Source: Corallococcus coralloides DSM 2259 (lineage in GTDB: Bacteria > Myxococcota > Myxococcia > Myxococcales > Myxococcaceae). Taken from it: a stretch of DNA of 64,000 nucleotides. The stretch lies in the NCBI RefSeq assembly GCF_000255295.1, contig NC_017030.1, forward strand, positions 6,166,328 to 6,230,327, written 5' to 3'. Positions within the stretch are counted from its first letter, which is position 1. Every line of letters begins with the position of its first letter. The notes under the pieces were generated by a model. It saw only the letters and a list, made by a program, of their open reading frames with translations. It was not told where the DNA came from and did not search any database. Positions 63,755 through 64,000 of the stretch are shown one piece after another. Position numbers and translations under genes: made by a program.

Positions 63755-64000
63755 TCAGTCCTCGCGGAAGATGCTCATGTTCACGGGGATGCCCTTGCGC
63801 TGGAGCTCGTCGTAGAACTTCGGGACGAAGCCCGACGCGACGTAGCGTCCGCGGACCTTGTGGTCCTCCGTGAAGCCGTCCTGCTTGTAATAGAAGATGT
63901 CCTGCAGGGTCACGATGTCGACCTCCATGCCGGACACCTCGGTGATGAAGCAGATCTTGCGAGAGCCGTCGGAGAAGCGCGTCTGCTGCACGATGAGGTG
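63755..64000 (-). CDS. CpaF/TadA-type secretion ATPase, C-terminal fragment (5' end beyond window)
   Basis: The C-terminal motif, RKICFITEVSGMEVDIVTLQDIFYYKQDGFTEDHKVRGRYVASGFVPKFYDELQRKGI, is characteristic of CpaF-family ATPases. The gene is open to the window end. Confidence 0.65.
   Translation of the reverse strand, partial: HLIVQQTRFSDGSRKICFITEVSGMEVDIVTLQDIFYYKQDGFTEDHKVRGRYVASGFVPKFYDELQRKGIPVNMSIFRED

Noticed and set aside
58580-63873. 1005-aa and 702-aa plus-strand ORFs antisense to polA and the FHA gene
   Set aside because: They are shadow ORFs. polA and the FHA gene are unambiguous on the minus strand.
1-64000. tRNA, rRNA, IS-element, integrase or prophage signatures
   Set aside because: Intergenic regions were inspected by eye. 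I saw no cloverleaf-like conserved tRNA features, no transposase or integrase ORFs, and no terminal inverted repeats. I cannot exclude tRNAs without a covariance-model search.

Overview
This 64 kb window is high-GC (about 70%), densely coding DNA that looks like a myxobacterial chromosome segment. The clues are a MYXO-CTERM sorting tail, FHA and Che proteins, and many lipoproteins. I could support about 60 protein-coding genes, all called from the six-frame translations and motif recognition. I could not support any rRNA, tRNA, CRISPR array, transposase or integrase.

The window begins inside a chemotaxis module: a partial MCP, an ABC1/UbiB-like kinase, an ABM monooxygenase, CheB and CheR. It then has a Fic-family gene followed by two tandem paralogous unknowns that share a GGYCWCH motif. 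A housekeeping/accessory mix follows: Hsp20, PhzF, a GntR regulator, proC, an ArsR-P450-ABM trio, M1 aminopeptidase N, several secreted repeat proteins, an SDR, a LysR regulator, and a long-form aromatic amino acid hydroxylase.

The accessory-looking island at about 25.4-35.4 kb holds the most striking feature. It is a full-length bacterial homolog of the eukaryotic major vault protein (30863..33139, minus strand), with vault repeats, a shoulder domain and a cap-helix coiled coil. It is translationally coupled downstream to an acidic-repeat lipoprotein and a MYXO-CTERM HExxH metalloprotease. Divergently from it lie a small Cys-rich secreted peptide and a lipoprotein toxin-like gene with a PD-(D/E)xK-like C-terminus. 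That toxin-like gene is interrupted by an in-frame TAG, yet it still overlaps a putative immunity gene by ATGA.

The remainder includes a LysM/C39-like peptidase protein, D-Ala-D-Ala carboxypeptidase (S13), prolyl oligopeptidase, a PLP D-Ser-deaminase-like enzyme, a beta-helix protein, a protein with a nucleoside 2-deoxyribosyltransferase-like C-terminus, a cNMP-binding protein, an orphan MbtH-like gene, a LuxR regulator, an RDD/SpoIIM-like pair, DivIVA-YggU, DNA polymerase I, an FHA protein, and the 3' end of a CpaF-type ATPase.

Notable non-coding signals are a 109-bp tandem duplication at the MCP/kinase junction, three copies of a 25-bp palindromic operator between the GntR regulator and proC, a perfect 18-bp palindrome upstream of a secreted-protein gene, and a strong intrinsic terminator near the polA 3' end.
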